Shown: in pieces, positions 4,849 through 6,529 of the stretch
Position numbering within the stretch: position 1 is the stretch's first letter
Layout: each line of letters opens with the position of its first letter
From: a virus
Taxonomy: Duplodnaviria > Heunggongvirae > Uroviricota > Caudoviricetes
Length of the DNA: 6,529 bases
Virus record (IMG/VR): IMGVR_UViG_2690316200_000011
Location: 1-6,529 of that record
Reading direction: 5' to 3' (one strand)
The notes under the pieces: model-generated
What the model was told of the DNA's origin: nothing
The model's input: only the letters and a program-made list of their open reading frames with translations
The model's database searches: none
Translations under genes and position numbers: made by a program

Positions 4849-5907
4849 TCATCCGTTCTGGCTGACTAAATCCTGTACTTCCCGAACCGTCTGCTCAAAA
4901 CGTTCAGTCTCCAGCTCAACGCCAATTGCACGACGCCCGAGCGCCAGTGCCGCTTTCACTGTCGAACCCAACCCCATGAAAAAATCTGCAATCAGGTCAC
5001 CCGGACGACTGCTAGCGCTGATTATCTGCTGCAGCATTTCTGCCGGTTTTTCGCACGGATGTTTCCCGGGATAGAACTGCACCGGTTTATGCGTCCACAC
5101 ATCGGTATACGGCACCTGCACCGTCACGCCAAAATACCGCCGCAGATGTTTATATTCACTCAGCAGCTCCGCATACTGCCGGTTCAGTGAGGTATACGTA
5201 TCCACCAGCTGGTGGTGGAGCTTTTCCAGTTCACCACGCCGATGCTTCTCTTCTGCCACCCGGGCAAACAGCGCCTGTAATTTCAGATAATCGCTTTCAT
5301 TCGGCAACTGCCACTGACCGGCACTGAACCAGTGCGACACCATGTTTTTCTTTCCTGTGGCATCTGCAATCTGTTTTGCCGTTATCCCCAGGGCAGCTCG
5401 CGCATCACGAAAGTAAGAAATCAGCGGGGCCATCACATGCTGTTTCAGTGCACTGCCCTTCGCCGCATACCCGGCATCTTTCGGACGATACGGCCCCTGA
5501 TAATGTTCCGCGAACAGAATGCGCTCTGTGGCGGGGAAATACGCCCGCAGGCTTTCCTTGTTGCATCCGTTCCAGCGTCCGGACGGCTTCGCCCAGATAA
5601 TATGGTTCAGCACACTGAAGCGTTCACGCATCATGATTTCGATATCAGATGCCAGGCGATGACCACAGAACAGGTAAAGACTTCCGGCAGGTTTCAGCAC
5701 CCGCCAGAACTGCGCCAGACACTGGTCCAGCCACTTCAGGTAATCATCGTCGCCCTTCCACTGGTTATCCCAGCCCTCAGGCTTCACTTTAAAGTACGGC
5801 GGGTCCGTGACTATCAGGTCAACAGAATTTTCGGGTAACGACCGGATAAATTCCAGGCAGTCGGCGTTGATTAACTCACAACTGGATATTTTTACAGTAT
5901 TAAGCAT
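4849..5907 (-). CDS. DNA N6-adenine methyltransferase, beta-class (YhdJ-like / N6_N4_Mtase family), orphan
   Basis: 352-aa ORF with motif IV near the N-terminus (SVDLIVTDPPY) and motif I near the C-terminus (GDLIADFFMGLGST), preceded by HPCEKP. This order defines beta-class amino-MTases and the layout parallels E. coli YhdJ as I remember it. No restriction endonuclease gene is adjacent. Confidence 0.9.
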   Translation of the reverse strand: MLNTVKISSCELINADCLEFIRSLPENSVDLIVTDPPYFKVKPEGWDNQWKGDDDYLKWLDQCLAQFWRVLKPAGSLYLFCGHRLASDIEIMMRERFSVLNHIIWAKPSGRWNGCNKESLRAYFPATERILFAEHYQGPYRPKDAGYAAKGSALKQHVMAPLISYFRDARAALGITAKQIADATGKKNMVSHWFSAGQWQLPNESDYLKLQALFARVAEEKHRRGELEKLHHQLVDTYTSLNRQYAELLSEYKHLRRYFGVTVQVPYTDVWTHKPVQFYPGKHPCEKPAEMLQQIISASSRPGDLIADFFMGLGSTVKAALALGRRAIGVELETERFEQTVREVQDLVSQNG

Positions 5908-6000
5908 GGATCATTAAGCCTGTCTCTGATAGGCTCATTCTGCTTTTGCGCAAAGCAGTGGGCCTGAGGTTTGCTTGTGAACCCAACGCATGAGCAGATG

Positions 6001-6029
6001 GCTGGTGGGTGCCCCTAACACCCACCAGC
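6001..6029. repeat. Perfect 11-bp-stem hairpin (gctggtgggtg / cacccaccagc, 7-nt loop) in the methyltransferase leader
   Basis: Read directly from the sequence. It lies between the terminator at 6045-6071 and the methyltransferase start, along with two further hairpins at 5917-5935 and 5940-5958. Confidence 0.5.
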
Positions 6030-6044
6030 CGCCCATTTACCACA

Positions 6045-6071
6045 AATAAAAAAGCCTTCACTGCGGAAGGC
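6045..6071 (-). terminator. Rho-independent terminator (stem gccttc/gaaggc, loop actgcg, then TTTTTTATT on the minus strand)
   Basis: The minus strand reads GCCTTCCGCAGTGAAGGC followed by TTTTTTATTTG. The hairpin overlaps the stop codon of ORF 6058-6255. Confidence 0.6.
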
Positions 6072-6255
6072 GTCTGTAACAACCGAACTGATAGTCTGCC
6101 AGACCCGCCATAACCAGCTGGGTCAGTATTAACTGGCAGCGTTCGCGTGAAAGGTAAGTATTCTGCGCTATCTCCCCGACTGTCGCCGGTTCGGTAACGC
6201 TTAATTCATTAAACACCACTCTGGCGGTTTCTGTCATATCCTGCTGTTTTAGCAT
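6058..6255 (-). CDS. Small hypothetical protein, 65 aa, possible winged-helix DNA-binding protein (PapI/FaeA-like pattern)
   Basis: The ATG is preceded by AAGGAAAAGAC, a strong Shine-Dalgarno. The translation MLKQQDMTETARVVFNELSVTEPATVGEIAQNTYLSRERCQLILTQLVMAGLADYQ resembles small winged-helix regulators by pattern only. The gene is bracketed by terminators at 6376-6398 and 6045-6071. Confidence 0.45.
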   Translation of the reverse strand: MLKQQDMTETARVVFNELSVTEPATVGEIAQNTYLSRERCQLILTQLVMAGLADYQFGCYRRLPQ

Positions 6256-6375
6256 GTCTTTTCCTTTTCCGGTTAACGTGACACACCAATAACTCTTGTC
6301 GAAAAAGCCAGCAAGCTGAAAGACAGGTATTCACCGCCACCAGCGCGTTTACTGTACTGACGCGATTTCAGTCAT

Positions 6376-6398
6376 AAAAAACCCGCTCGGCGGCGGGT
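6376..6398 (-). terminator. Rho-independent terminator (stem cccgc/gcggg with a T6 run on the minus strand)
   Basis: The minus strand reads AACCCGCCGCCGAGCGGGTTTTTTATGA. It lies roughly 85-100 bp downstream of a minus-strand reading frame that enters from beyond the window end (stop near 6482 or 6497, depending on frame). Confidence 0.6.
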
Positions 6399-6529
6399 TG
6401 TAGAAACTCTTCTAACGTCAGGCATAAAACGCCCATCGTTATGACGAATTTACCACAGATTCCGGAAAAATCAACCTTGTTACCTAGTTACCTTTTTTAA
6501 CTGCCGCTCAGCCCATGCTTCTTCAATAT

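Noticed and set aside
5332-6082. Track ORFs 5332-5838 (+), 5376-5600 (+) and 5900-6082 (-)
   Set aside because: These are antisense or alternative-frame shadows of the methyltransferase gene and of the small ORF/terminator region. The methyltransferase frame carries clear catalytic motifs; these do not.
1-6529. CRISPR array or other tandem short-repeat array
   Set aside because: No regularly spaced direct repeats were seen. The only repeats are the IS inverted repeats, the duplicated tRNA block, the IS-end duplication and isolated hairpins.
6482-6529. Partial minus-strand CDS entering from beyond the window end
   Set aside because: Only about 10-15 codons are visible and two frames give plausible stops (near 6482 and 6497). 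This is too little to call a gene or choose the frame, so it is mentioned only as context for the terminator at 6376-6398.

Overview
This 6.5-kb window is a mosaic accessory region that looks like the late-regulatory and cargo neighbourhood of a lambdoid, Stx-phage-like prophage in an Escherichia/Shigella-type genome, heavily remodelled by insertion sequences. All features are read by eye from the sequence; no searches were run and family names come from recalled motifs. Reading the minus strand from high to low coordinates: a rho-independent terminator (6376-6398), a small winged-helix-like ORF (6058-6255), a second terminator (6045-6071), a hairpin-rich leader, an orphan YhdJ-like N6-adenine DNA methyltransferase (4849-5907), a tRNA-Ile2(CAU) gene (4733-4808), a 5' fragment of a tRNA-Arg(UCG)-like gene (4665-4725) cut by an IS186 copy (3322-4664, insL on the plus strand), a second diverged copy of the tRNA-Ile2 block (3211-3286), a degenerate tRNA-like relic, tRNA-Arg(UCU) (3034-3110), and an AT-rich hypothetical ORF (2570-2923) sitting where Stx phages carry stxAB. 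Below that is about 600 bp with no long ORF but several hairpins, then an IS3-family element (832-1969) with partial orfA, a -1 frameshift site and orfB; its 5' end is lost in a 12-N assembly gap. The window begins inside the 3' end of another copy of the same IS3-family element (1-47), so a roughly 770-bp AT-rich islet (48-819) is bracketed by two same-orientation copies. The most interesting candidates are the unrecognised cargo ORF at the toxin-equivalent locus and the IS186 junction, which has no target-site duplication and joins two diverged tRNA blocks.
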